A stretch of DNA of 64,000 nt from Euzebya sp. (GCA_051004735.1 JBPCKA010000013.1:1099-65098), one strand, 5' to 3'; shown: positions 1-9,480, counted from the stretch's first letter. Notes: a model not told the origin generated them from the sequence alone. Made by a program: numbers and translations.

Positions 1-496
1 TTTCCACCACCGCCTCGGCGACCTTGTTATCCGGTGCCAGGATCACTCCGATCCCCTGTGTTCCCTCCAGCAACTTGATCACCACAGGCGCCCCGCCGAC
101 GGCCTTTATGGCCGCCAGGACATCCTTGCGGTCACGCACGAACATGGTGCGAGGCATGCCGATGTCATGACGTGACAGGATCTGGATCGACCGCAACTTG
201 TCGCGGGAGTTGGCGATGCCGGCGGCGGTGTTGGGGGTGTAGACATCCATCTGCTCAAACTGACGCACGACCGCCAGGCCGAAGAAGGTGATCGAGGCGC
301 CAATGCGGGGGATCACCGCGTCGTAGTCCGACAATTCCTTGCCGCGTAACTGCAGGTCTGGCTCGTCCCCCGCCAGGTCGATGCCGAACCGCAGAGTGCT
401 TAGAACCGTGGCGGCGTGACCGCGTTCCAGGGCAGCCACTTTGAGCCGCTGGGTGGAATAGGCGTTCGGTGAACGAGACAGGATACCAAGCTTCAT
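1..496 (-). CDS. rimK: RimK-family ATP-grasp alpha-L-glutamate ligase, 5' part only (gene continues past window start)
   Basis: Minus-strand translation from ATG (complement of 494-496) reads MKLGILSRSPNAYSTQRLKVAALERGH...AVIPRIGASITFFG...KLLEGTQGIGV, collinear with RimK N-terminus and ATP-grasp core; absent from ORF track because it runs off the edge. Confidence 0.85.
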   Translation of the reverse strand, partial: MKLGILSRSPNAYSTQRLKVAALERGHAATVLSTLRFGIDLAGDEPDLQLRGKELSDYDAVIPRIGASITFFGLAVVRQFEQMDVYTPNTAAGIANSRDKLRSIQILSRHDIGMPRTMFVRDRKDVLAAIKAVGGAPVVIKLLEGTQGIGVILAPDNKVAEAVVE

Positions 497-547
497 AGGG
501 CGAACCTTAGCGACCTCGGTGGGGATGGACTGCTGAGGCCGACGTTT

Positions 548-592
548 CGGGGCGGCAGGCAGGAACACGTCGGGGCGGCAGGCAGGAACACG
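548..592. repeat. Tandem direct repeat, two adjacent copies of CGGGGCGGCAGGCAGGAACACG (22 nt)
   Basis: Read directly: copy 1 at 548-569, copy 2 at 571-592, in the rimK upstream intergenic region. Confidence 0.8.
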
Positions 593-631
593 CCATGCGG
601 CTGTCAAACCGCTCCCCAGCCCCCACCAAAT

Positions 632-732
632 GCTCAGATCTGAGGGTTGGGCCGGATATCCCCCCGGAAAGCTCAGATCTGAGAAACCGGGGGGCTGAAG
701 GGCCCAACCCCGACGAAAGCTCAGATCTGAGC
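632..732. repeat. Three copies of perfect palindrome GCTCAGATCTGAG(C) (632-644, 671-683, 719-731). Copies 1 and 3 flank a long inverted repeat GGGTTGGGCC..CCCCCCGG / CCGGGGGG..GGCCCAACCC (about 645-709) whose loop carries copy 2
   Basis: Seen in sequence: the 13-mer is self-complementary around central T and occurs three times at 39 and 48 bp spacing; the flanking arms are exact reverse complements. The element lies between the thioesterase stop (721) and the rimK start (496). Confidence 0.75.
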
Positions 733-1146
733 GAGGAGGGTCCGGCGAAAGGCCTCCGGAAGCGGTTCCGGGCGGCCTTCACCTCCCAGGTGGACCAAGA
801 CGTTGCGGGACGTGGTCACGCACGTCTGGTCTGAAAACACCCCAATCCCCACCGTGAACGACGTTGTCCCGACGGCGAGCACCCGCGCCCCGATCCGGAC
901 CTGACCCGGGTAGAACAGGTCGGCCCGGAAGTCGATCTCCAGGCGGGCGAACGTGACCTGTCCGGTCTGGACCCCGGCGCGGGTGGCCAGGTCGTAGACG
1001 TAGGCGATACGGCCGCTCTCGACTAGGGCCACGTGGGCGACGTTGTTGACGTGACCCACCAAGTCGGTGTCGCTGAAGCGGATGTTCTCGGTGCAGTAGA
1101 AGTCGTAGAAGGCAGGATCGGCAAGATCGGTCTGAGGGGTGTCCAT
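721..1146 (-). CDS. Hotdog-fold acyl-CoA thioesterase (4HBT/YbgC-like)
   Basis: ORF 721..1299(-). Residues MDTPQTDLADPAFYDFYCTENIRFSDTDLVGHVNNVAHVALVESGR match the 4HBT thioesterase N-terminal signature (D-x-D-x-x-GHVNN). Start chosen at the MDTPQ ATG (1146); an alternative start is 1158. Confidence 0.75.
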   Translation of the reverse strand: MDTPQTDLADPAFYDFYCTENIRFSDTDLVGHVNNVAHVALVESGRIAYVYDLATRAGVQTGQVTFARLEIDFRADLFYPGQVRIGARVLAVGTTSFTVGIGVFSDQTCVTTSRNVLVHLGGEGRPEPLPEAFRRTLLAQI

Positions 1147-1202
1147 CGCGACCCACATCCTGGCAGGCCGATCTTCTGTCCGCCCGGCAGGCACAATGGC
1201 GC

Positions 1203-1838
1203 TTGATGACTCACCTGACCACTGCCCGGCGTGCCGGGGCGTGGTTGGGGATCGCCGGACCGGTTGCCTACGTGCTGACCTGGGCCGTGCTGGGAGCAAT
1301 CCGACCGGGCTATGACCCGCCCAGCCAGGCCATCAGCGAGCTGGCCGAGATGGGCTCGGCGACTGGCCCCTACATGTCAGCGGCATTCGTGGTCTTCGGG
1401 TTGGCCGCGATCCCGTTCGCCGTCGCGTTGCGATCCTCCCTGCCGGGCCCCGCCACCGACGTGATGTGGGCCGTGACCGGCTGCGGCTTGATGACGATGG
1501 CCGCCGCCTTCTTCCCGTGCAGCCCAGGCTGTCCGGGTGCGGGGTCCTCACTCAGCGACAACGGCCATGCCGTCACCGCCACCATCGGATATCTGGCACT
1601 GATGGCCGCACCCCTGCTGACCGGCCGTGCGCTGCTGACCCACCGGACCAATCGCCGCTTTGCCTGGTGGTCGATGGTCGCCGGCGGAGTCGGCAGCGTG
1701 GCCATGCTGGTCTGGGCCTTGGGACTGTTCGGTGACGCCGGCGGGGCTGGCCAACGAGGGTTCAACACCTTGGCGGACCTGTGGTGGGCCTCCGCCGGCG
1801 TCTGGATTCTGACCACCGATCCTCTCCCAAAGGATTGA
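1203..1838 (+). CDS. DUF998-family integral membrane protein
   Basis: 211-aa ORF with multiple hydrophobic helices and Gly/Ala-rich TM segments typical of DUF998 proteins. Confidence 0.55.
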   Translation: MMTHLTTARRAGAWLGIAGPVAYVLTWAVLGAIRPGYDPPSQAISELAEMGSATGPYMSAAFVVFGLAAIPFAVALRSSLPGPATDVMWAVTGCGLMTMAAAFFPCSPGCPGAGSSLSDNGHAVTATIGYLALMAAPLLTGRALLTHRTNRRFAWWSMVAGGVGSVAMLVWALGLFGDAGGAGQRGFNTLADLWWASAGVWILTTDPLPKD

Positions 1839-1867
1839 AGGATGCCCGACCCGGATACAACAACTGC

Positions 1868-2536
1868 ATGTCTCTGCTACGTGTCGCCGCCCGAGGAATG
1901 CTCGCTTCGATGTTCATCGCGGGAGGGATCGATGCGCTGAGGGATCCCAGCGGCAAGGTCGCGGCCGCCGAGAACGTGACCGAGCCATTGTCCGACGCGA
2001 TCGAGCAACTACCTGATGACACCGAAATGTTGATCCGTGCAAACGGTGCCCTGCAGGTAGGTGCCGGACTGGCGATGGTCAGCAACAAGATGGCCAGGCC
2101 GGCGGCGTTGGCACTGGCCGCCAGCCTGGTTCCCACCACCGCTGCGGGACACCGCTTCTGGGAGATGGATCAAGGCGCGCCGCGTCAGCAGCAGATCATC
2201 CACTTCCTGAAGAACCTCGGACTGTTGGGCGGCCTGATCATCACGGTCCTGGACACCCAGGGCGAGCCGGGCGTCGCCTGGCGCGCCGCCCACGCGGTGG
2301 ACCACGCCGGCCTGATGAAGGATCATGCCAGCCAGGTCGCCGGACTTCAGACCGAACTGGCCAAGGAACGGGCCAAAGCCTCCACTGCGGCGACCAAAGC
2401 ACGGTTCGGGGCCACGGCGCGACAGGCAAAGCGTGACGCGAAGGTCGCCGCAAAGGTCACCAAGTCCGCCGGCCGTGCTGTGACCGGCGCCGGACGTGCC
2501 GTCAAACGGGTTGTCACCGCTGCGCTGCCTGGTTAG
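1868..2536 (+). CDS. DoxX-family membrane protein with Ala/Lys-rich C-terminal tail
   Basis: ORF 1781..2536. Internal ATG at 1868 gives MSLLRVAARGMLASMFIAGGIDAL, the DoxX N-terminal motif; the C-terminal 80 aa are a low-complexity A/K/T-rich tail. Confidence 0.65.
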   Translation: MSLLRVAARGMLASMFIAGGIDALRDPSGKVAAAENVTEPLSDAIEQLPDDTEMLIRANGALQVGAGLAMVSNKMARPAALALAASLVPTTAAGHRFWEMDQGAPRQQQIIHFLKNLGLLGGLIITVLDTQGEPGVAWRAAHAVDHAGLMKDHASQVAGLQTELAKERAKASTAATKARFGATARQAKRDAKVAAKVTKSAGRAVTGAGRAVKRVVTAALPG

Positions 2537-2599
2537 CGCAACCGCGTAACCGCCCCCTTCGTCCTGGCGGGCCGATCAACAGTCGTTAGCATCGCGGCG

Positions 2600-4249
2600 A
2601 TGACCCACCAGACCCAGCCGTCCAACGTCTCCCTGCCGTGGTGGCGGCGCGGCGTTGTCTATGAGGTCTACCTACGATCCTTCGCCGACGGCAACGGTGA
2701 TGGGGTCGGTGACATCGCCGGATTGATCAGCCGTCTACCCTACCTGGCGGATCTGGGCGTCGAGGCCATTTGGATCACACCCTGGTATCGCTCCCCCAAC
2801 GCCGACGGCGGCTACGACGTCGCTGACTTTCGCGACATCGACCCGAGGTACGGCACGCTGGTCGATGCCGAAGCGCTGATCTCACAGGCTCATGACCACG
2901 GGATCCGGGTGATCATCGATCTGGTGCCGAACCACACCTAGGACCAGCACGAGTGGTTCAGACAGGCCCTGGCCGCACCGGTGGGGGATCCCAGCCGTGA
3001 CCGATATGAGATCCATCCGGGAACGGGCGTCGACGGCGCCCTGCCGCCGTCGGACTGGCCGTCAGTGTTTGGTGGCTCGGCCTGGCAGCGACTTGCCGAT
3101 GGTGAGTGGTACCTGCATCTGTTCGATGTCTCACAACCCGACCTCAACTGGGACAACACAGAAGTACGCGCCGAGTTCGAGGCCATCTTCGCGTTCTGGC
3201 TGGACCGGGGGGTCGATGGCATCCGCGTCGACGTGGCCCACGGCATGGTGAAGGACAAGACGTTCCCGTCGCGAAAAGCCGCGGTGCGTCTGCTGGACGC
3301 CACCGACACCGACGACCACCCCTACTGGGATCGAGATGGGGTGCACGAGGTCATCCGCTCATGGCGGACGGTGGTGGACTCCTACGACGGGGACCGGATG
3401 ATGGTGGCCGAGGCGTGGGTGACCCCGGAACGACTGAAGGATTACCTGCGCCCCGACGAATACCACCAGTCATTCAACTTCTCCCTGGTCGAGGCGGAGT
3501 GGGACACCGCTCAATGGCACGACATCATCGACCGGTCGATCACCGCGGCGACGGAAGTGGGCTCCACACCGACCTGGACGTTGTCCAACCACGACATCAT
3601 GCGCCCGGCAACCCGGCTGGGCCTACCCATGCCGACCGAATGGCGTCAGTGGCTGGTCCAGGGACCCCGCTCAGCCCTTGATCCCGCCGCGGGGCTGCGA
3701 CGCGCGCTGGCCGGCGCCATGCTGATCCTGGCCCTCCCCGGCTCGACCTACCTGTTCCAGGGTGAGGAATTGGGTCTTCCCGAGGTCTGGGATCTACCGG
3801 ATGAGGTGTTGGACGATCCGGTGTGGACGCGGTCGGGAGGAACCGAGAGAGGGCGCGACGGCTGTCGGGTCCCTCTGCCGTGGACAACCGCTGGCGACTC
3901 ATACGGGTTTGGCACGAACGGAGCGTGGCTGCCCCAGCCCGCCGTGTTCGGGACCCTCTCCGTCGCCGCCCAGGACGGCGTAAAGGGGTCGACCCTGGAG
4001 TTGTTCAAGCAGGCTCTGACCCTGCGGCGCCATCACGGCGTGGCCGATGATTCCCTGGAGTGGCTGCCGCTCGGCGAGGAGGTCCTGGCGTTTCGCCGCG
4101 CCTCTGGCCTGATCAGCGTCACCAATTTCGGGACAGACCCGATCGCGCTGCGACAAGGCGAGATTGTGTTGTCCAGTGGCCCGCTTACTCCTGGCCATGC
4201 GCCCGGGGAGACCACTGTGTGGCTGCTGGCCTCCGCCGACCACAACTAG
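2600..4249 (+). pseudogene. GH13 alpha-glucosidase / oligo-1,6-glucosidase / trehalose-synthase-like gene interrupted by a single in-frame TAG (2939-2941)
   Basis: ORFs 2600..2941 and 2981..4249 are in the same frame. The translation reads ...IRVIIDLVPNHT*DQHEWFRQA..., so the amber codon sits exactly where the universally conserved Ser of the GH13 NHTSDQHEWF motif belongs. N-terminal VYEVYLRSFADGNGDGVGD and FRDIDPRYG motifs are also present. Confidence 0.8.
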
Positions 4250-4261
4250 CCTGCCCCACAG

Positions 4262-4456
4262 CTAGGGCCTGGGCCAGCCGGGTTGCCGGCCAGCCCCGTC
4301 GAAGGCCCCGACCCAGGTTCTGGCGCTGTCCAGCGCAAGCCAGGCGGCGGTCGTATCGCGCAGTGAGTCCTGGTTGCACGCCCGCAGATCATCGCGCTGC
4401 TTCCACGTGCGCAGCAGCTCATGAAGCGCCGCATCGAACGGGGTGACCGGGTTCAT
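4262..4456 (-). CDS. Small hypothetical protein (64 aa) translationally coupled to the upstream USP gene
   Basis: Its ATG (complement of 4454-4456) overlaps the USP gene TGA stop (4453-4455) in an ATGA arrangement; no recognisable family. Confidence 0.3.
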   Translation of the reverse strand: MNPVTPFDAALHELLRTWKQRDDLRACNQDSLRDTTAAWLALDSARTWVGAFDGAGRQPGWPRP

Positions 4457-5643
4457 CCCGGTGCGTCGATCAAGCGGTAGCTCAACGCGGTCGCGCCGAT
4501 CTCCCTTCGTGCCTCGTCCAACTCGACCATGATCGCCGACAGCGCCGCAGCAGGGCTGGTCGCCTCGACCTGGACGATGCCGTGGATCAGGCATTCACCC
4601 TCATGGTTGACCACACGATGGCCCTGCACGACCCCGACCTGACCCAAGGCTCGTTCGATCGATGGCCAACAGTCCCCCTCGGCCGGAACAGTGACCGTAA
4701 CCTCAACCAGATGGGGTAGGTCATCGGTTTGCTCGGGCACCGGTTCGACCAGCAGACCCGCATCCTTGACCGCAGTGACCACGTCAACAGGGGTCGCAGG
4801 TCCGACGTCGATGGCCACCAGTTGCCAGCACTGGGGGGTCGCCCAGGCGATGTGGGTTGTGGCGTTTCGCAGACCGTCGGTGGTCAGCGCAACCGGACTC
4901 ACGACGATGTCGCCGGGACGTCCCACATGGCTCAAGGCTTCGGGAATGTCGGCGTCGGACTGTAACGTCGGGACGTCGGCGCTGCGGAGCGAGTCGGGCA
5001 GTGGCTGCTCGGAGTTGCCACCCCGAACCACCAACATCGGCGAGTCCGTGGCCCGTCGAAGGCGGTCGGCCAACTCCACCGCCAGTCCTAGGCCTCGTTC
5101 ACCGCTCTGCTGCAGATGGTCGTCCGAAACCGGCAGCAACACCCGGTGGAAGCTCTCACCCGCCGGCCGCACGACCGCGAGTGGGACCCTGGAGCGCCCC
5201 ATGATCGAATCGATCAACTCCCCAAAGATGTTGTGCGAGGTGGAGCCGCCCTGCCATCCCATCACGACCAGGCTGGCGTCATGTTCATCCACGGCGTCCA
5301 GAACCGCCGTCGGAATACGTTGGCCATGAACCAGTGCGGCGCGAGCGTTCACGCCGTAGTCGCGGGCCGCCTGGGCAGCGCTGTCGACGGCACGCTGGGC
5401 CTGCTCGGCGACCTCCGGGTCGCTGGACGGAGTGAGGACCGACACAGGCACCACTATCCCGTCATCCGGGCGGGCGATGATGGCCGCCAACCTGCCCAGC
5501 CAGGGCGCGGTAGCCGGGCTTGCCAGGGGTACGACCACAACTCGTCCCAGGGTCACGCCATCCTCCGTCTCGGCGTCCAGATCACGGTCATACGCTAGCA
5601 GTGTCACCAGCAAAGGGGCTGCGCCCCCTTGGACCCCCAACAT
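4453..5643 (-). CDS. Tandem universal-stress-protein (UspA) domain protein with extra C-terminal domain
   Basis: ORF 4453..5700. Two Usp-like segments (VVVVPLASPATAP...VVMGWQGG and RVLLPVSDDH...MLVVRGG), then a C-terminal about 100-aa domain of unknown type; start placed at MLGVQ (5643). Confidence 0.6.
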   Translation of the reverse strand: MLGVQGGAAPLLVTLLAYDRDLDAETEDGVTLGRVVVVPLASPATAPWLGRLAAIIARPDDGIVVPVSVLTPSSDPEVAEQAQRAVDSAAQAARDYGVNARAALVHGQRIPTAVLDAVDEHDASLVVMGWQGGSTSHNIFGELIDSIMGRSRVPLAVVRPAGESFHRVLLPVSDDHLQQSGERGLGLAVELADRLRRATDSPMLVVRGGNSEQPLPDSLRSADVPTLQSDADIPEALSHVGRPGDIVVSPVALTTDGLRNATTHIAWATPQCWQLVAIDVGPATPVDVVTAVKDAGLLVEPVPEQTDDLPHLVEVTVTVPAEGDCWPSIERALGQVGVVQGHRVVNHEGECLIHGIVQVEATSPAAALSAIMVELDEARREIGATALSYRLIDAPG

Positions 5644-5729
5644 CAAACGCAACCAAGAATACTCGTGACAACGTAACGAGTTAGGGCAACAGAGTTGCAC
5701 TAGTCATCCACCGGTGGTGGGAACGGCCA

Positions 5730-6137
5730 TCACCCCACCGTGGCCCAGCCCGCCAGGTGGATTCCACCCGTTTGACGAGTCACGGTGATCTCCAGGTCAG
5801 CTTCCTCGGCGCGCACGCCCACCACGACCGCGCGATAGGTCAGCACGTCGTGTGGCCAGGCTTGCTCTCGCCACTGCGCCCGCAACCGCCGGACGCCATC
5901 GACCCCGAACTGGTTGGTCAGATAGGTCGCCACCAGGCTCATGGGCAGCATGCCAACGGCGAACGGGCCAGGAAACCCTGCTGCCTGCGCAAACTCGGTG
6001 TCGTGATGGATGGGGTTGTAGTCACCCGAGGCACCTTGGTAGCGAACGAACCGGTTGACGGTCAGTTCGCCGTCGGTCCACTCCGGAAGGCTCTGACCGA
6101 TGGACAGGCTGTGAATGTCGATGCGGTCCATGATCAC
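5730..6137 (-). CDS. MaoC-like (R)-specific enoyl-CoA hydratase / HadB-like dehydratase subunit
   Basis: Hydratase-2 motif YQGASGDYNPIHHD...AQAAGF present; 135 aa. Confidence 0.75.
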   Translation of the reverse strand: MIMDRIDIHSLSIGQSLPEWTDGELTVNRFVRYQGASGDYNPIHHDTEFAQAAGFPGPFAVGMLPMSLVATYLTNQFGVDGVRRLRAQWREQAWPHDVLTYRAVVVGVRAEEADLEITVTRQTGGIHLAGWATVG

Positions 6138-6577
6138 TCCACCTGCGGTGCGACCGCGGTGAGGATCATGGTGGAGGTCAACTCCGCGACCACAGAGCCC
6201 GACCGGTCGCGGAACTCCGTGATGATCTTGGTGAACTCAAGGGTTCCACCGCGTCGGCCTTCCTTGGTGAACATGTCGTCGATGCGTTGCTGCCCGGTCA
6301 GCACATCCCCTGCTCGAGGAAGTGGACCAGTGAAAGCGAATTCCTGCTCCCCGTGCAAGATGCGACTCCAGTCCCGCACGATTCCCGCCATCACACTGGA
6401 ACGCTGGTCCTGCCACAGCACCGAGGAGATGAGAAAGGTGGCGGGAGAAACCGGATCGCCCTCACGCAAATGGTCAGGGTGGTGAGAGTCCGTCGCGCGG
6501 GCGAACTCGCGGACCTTGCCCTCCTCGATGACCACACGAAAGGTGTCGGCGGTCCGGCCGATCAGTTCTGTGTCCAT
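6134..6577 (-). CDS. MaoC N-terminal-like / HadA-like hotdog dehydratase subunit
   Basis: Hotdog-fold protein immediately upstream, overlapping the HadB-like gene by 4 nt (ATGA); this pairing is typical of HadAB-type heterodimeric dehydratases. Confidence 0.65.
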   Translation of the reverse strand: MDTELIGRTADTFRVVIEEGKVREFARATDSHHPDHLREGDPVSPATFLISSVLWQDQRSSVMAGIVRDWSRILHGEQEFAFTGPLPRAGDVLTGQQRIDDMFTKEGRRGGTLEFTKIITEFRDRSGSVVAELTSTMILTAVAPQVE

Positions 6578-6675
6578 TGCTGACAGAACCTGCCCTGCCC
6601 CCGCCCCGATGTCCACTGTGGCCGGCCCGTCGCCTATCCTGCGCAGGCGATGCCTTCAGGCCCCGTCAGTCTGGA

Positions 6676-6861
6676 TCACGTCGCGGCCATGGGAGTTGCC
6701 AGGGTGTTTTGCAGGATGTCCTTGAAGGCGAACCCGATCGCGACCGAACTGATCCCCAACCCGCCGATCACGGCAGCGAGGTTGACGCTTGGCACCGCGA
6801 TGATCGACGCGATCAGGATCCCGACCGCCACGGTCGCCGCTCGTGCCAGGCGCGACATCAC
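6676..6861 (-). pseudogene. Remnant of a mechanosensitive channel MscS gene (TM3 region only)
   Basis: The 61-aa ORF reads ...AAVIGGLGISSVAIGFAFKDILQN, the MscS pore-helix motif (G-x-G-x-A-x-G-F-A-x-Q/K-D-x-x-x-N). No upstream N-terminal TMs and no downstream beta/C-terminal domains. Confidence 0.6.
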
Positions 6862-6930
6862 GTTGACGAAGCTGTCCGAACGGTCCGGCAGCGGCTTGAT
6901 CGCTGGTGACCAGCCCCGGGGGGTGACAGG

Positions 6931-9207
6931 TTACGTGCTCAGCGCCTGCTCGATATCTCGCAGAACCTCCTCACCGATCACAGCCGTACCGCCGAAGATG
7001 ACCACCTGCCGGATCGATGACACATTGTCACTCAGGTAGTTGCTAATCGAGCGTTCGAGATCCACCCCACCGGTCAGCAGCATCACCCCGGGGCCGGTGT
7101 CAACTCGGCCGATCAAGGCACTTCCTGCCAGGGCATCCGGGAAGTCTGCGGTGGTGGCGACTCCGACGGTGGTTGGCGAGACGGTCAAATCCGCCACGCG
7201 AAGGGAGAGGTCGGTCGCATCCGCTCCGACCAACACCGGATCACCGACCAGCTCACCGACATCTGCACCGATGGCGAAGATGTCGGTCCCTCTAAACACC
7301 GCATCGATGTAGGCGAAGGCATCCTCCTGAATTTCTGGCCCCGACGTCAGGATAACAGCCGCGCCGGGCGGGTCGGCAGCCAGGAAGCCAGAAGCCAGTG
7401 ACCCCGCCAGGATTGCGTCGATGAATCTGCCACCGTCAGCGACTACCAATCGAGACGGATTTGCCAATCCAAGATCTGCGATGGTCGTGGCCGTGGAGAA
7501 CCGATTATCTCCCGCAAACCGGACCGTTTGGTATCCCATGGCCTCGATTTCTGCCTGTACCTCGCCGGACAACGCCGCCGTGCCGCCCAGCAGGAACACT
7601 GTGCCCCCAGCCGGCAGGATCCGTTGGATCTCGGTTCGCGTGGCGGGATGAAGACTCTGGGGATAGGACAGAAGGGTTGGTGCGCCGTACCTGACGGCTA
7701 GGGGCGTTCCTGCCTGGGCGTCGGCGAAATCATCGGCTCGGGCGAGCACGACGGCCGGAGCCTGCCCGTCGCTGCAGATCCTCTGCGAGATCGCGGTGGC
7801 TGTCTGGATGCGGGTCGCGCCCTGCAACCTGACTACCCGTGATTCCGGACTGGCCGCCATGCCTCCCTCACAACGGCGGCTGATCGGCAGAACCGGACCG
7901 ACCTCACCAACGAACTCGGCGGCACCGGCATCACATCCAGCCCCGAACATCCGAGTGTGACCGATCTGGTCGAACAACATTCCCTCGGCGCAGTCCGGTG
8001 CCGGGAACACATCAACAACGGGGCTACCGGGCGAGGGGTAGTGGACGCCAGTCGTGGGGTCCAGTTCCAACAGACCTAGGTTGGTGTTCACCACGTCGCC
8101 TACACCCGGTGTCGGGCAACCAGCATCGACGAAGACCGAATGTCCAGCGGAGGTGACGCCGTTGCCACAAGTCTGGGTTGGCCCTGAAAAGGCACTGCCT
8201 GACACGCTGATCTGTCCAGATCCCGCCTCGACCACAACCCCCGGTTCGACTGTCGTGCCGTTCACATGAGTGGTGAATAGCAGTCGGACCGGTGTCGCGC
8301 TGCTGGCGAGGTCGGCGACGAACTTCCCTCGGTTCCCACTGAAGGTGGAGTTAATGATCGATGCCCCAGTCGCGGGATCCTGAATCTCCACAGTGGCGGC
8401 TGGCAAACCCCGGGACGCCATCCCTTCGTTGACCACGACCTGGGACACGAAGGACGATCGGATGATGTCCACATACCCCGTGGGGCGGGCGTCAAGTGCC
8501 ATTGCGCCAAGCGCCGAGGTGTTGCGTAGAAAAGTCGATTCCACCACTCTCAAACCCGAGGCGCCAGGTGACACCGAGATGGCTCCCCCGAAGTCGGTCA
8601 GCAATCCGCCGTTGTCATGGAAGACACTGTCGGATATGACAACGTCACCATCAGCAATTGCCACCGCCCCGCCGTTCTTCGCGATATTGCCGGCGAACGT
8701 CGAGTCATGGATCTGTGTCCGTTCGCTGCTGGAGTGAACCGCGGCTCCGTCAAGCGCCACCTCAAATCCCTGGACCGAGATCCCGTCCAGGGTAAGTGGC
8801 GCCGTGGCCGTGATCGCGCGGGAGTCCTCAGTGACCATCGCCAGTCCAGACTCGATCCGGACGCCCGAGCCCATGATGACAAGTTCGTCGGAAACGTCCA
8901 GATCCTGGGTCGTGGGGTCGTGGCTGTCTGGAACCTCAGCGCGGGACTCCGTCAGTCGGATCGTCCCGGGGGACTGGAATGTGATGACGTCGGCACCGGG
9001 TGCACTGTTAGCCGCAATGACAGCCTCTCGCAGTGAACAATCATCCAGTGAGCAGCCGTCGGGCGCTGGATCGGAGACCAGGCCCGCGCCGACACGATTG
9101 GCTGTGACGATAAACCCCGCCGCCAGTGCGGGTGGTGGCGTCAGGAGCAACAACATCAGCACAAGTGCACCGGCGGTTGCGCCAAGGCGTCTGACCATGT
9201 GTGTCAC
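6931..9207 (-). CDS. Secreted CSLREA-motif right-handed beta-helix protein with three C-terminal CWB2 (cell wall binding repeat 2) modules
   Basis: Signal peptide MVRRLGATAGALVLMLLLLTPPPALA. CSLDDCSLREAVIAANSAPGADVITF is the CSLREA domain signature. The middle is rich in NxS/T and Gly beta-helix turns. C-terminal triplicated RxxGxxRxxTAxxIxQ...FADAxAGxxLA...PxLL repeats are CWB2-type. Confidence 0.75.
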   Translation of the reverse strand: MTHMVRRLGATAGALVLMLLLLTPPPALAAGFIVTANRVGAGLVSDPAPDGCSLDDCSLREAVIAANSAPGADVITFQSPGTIRLTESRAEVPDSHDPTTQDLDVSDELVIMGSGVRIESGLAMVTEDSRAITATAPLTLDGISVQGFEVALDGAAVHSSSERTQIHDSTFAGNIAKNGGAVAIADGDVVISDSVFHDNGGLLTDFGGAISVSPGASGLRVVESTFLRNTSALGAMALDARPTGYVDIIRSSFVSQVVVNEGMASRGLPAATVEIQDPATGASIINSTFSGNRGKFVADLASSATPVRLLFTTHVNGTTVEPGVVVEAGSGQISVSGSAFSGPTQTCGNGVTSAGHSVFVDAGCPTPGVGDVVNTNLGLLELDPTTGVHYPSPGSPVVDVFPAPDCAEGMLFDQIGHTRMFGAGCDAGAAEFVGEVGPVLPISRRCEGGMAASPESRVVRLQGATRIQTATAISQRICSDGQAPAVVLARADDFADAQAGTPLAVRYGAPTLLSYPQSLHPATRTEIQRILPAGGTVFLLGGTAALSGEVQAEIEAMGYQTVRFAGDNRFSTATTIADLGLANPSRLVVADGGRFIDAILAGSLASGFLAADPPGAAVILTSGPEIQEDAFAYIDAVFRGTDIFAIGADVGELVGDPVLVGADATDLSLRVADLTVSPTTVGVATTADFPDALAGSALIGRVDTGPGVMLLTGGVDLERSISNYLSDNVSSIRQVVIFGGTAVIGEEVLRDIEQALST

Positions 9208-9480
9208 GGTATTATCCGATTTTATCGCTTGCGACTGGCGGGCCGATCGTCCTCGACGGCAGCGACAACGTGGTCGCCGATCAGCACCAGGATTTCCCGA
9301 TCGTCGTGGAACTCCGATGAGTATAGAGTTAGTTAGTAGCGCGTCGTAGCGGGTCCTTGGTTTTGGGCTGCGTTCCGTGATTTTCTGTGGTGGATGGGAT
9401 CAAACAGCCGGCCGACCAGGTCGGGCACCGGCGCACCAGTGCGGTCAGGCTTCGTCGTGTAGCGCCGCCGCCGGTGATGA

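Noticed and set aside
507-834. ORFs 507..782(-) and 595..834(+) over the rimK upstream region
   Set aside because: They lie entirely within the repeat/palindrome element and translate the repeats into low-complexity Ser/Asp/Leu-rich peptides; no coding signal beyond absence of stops in GC-rich DNA.
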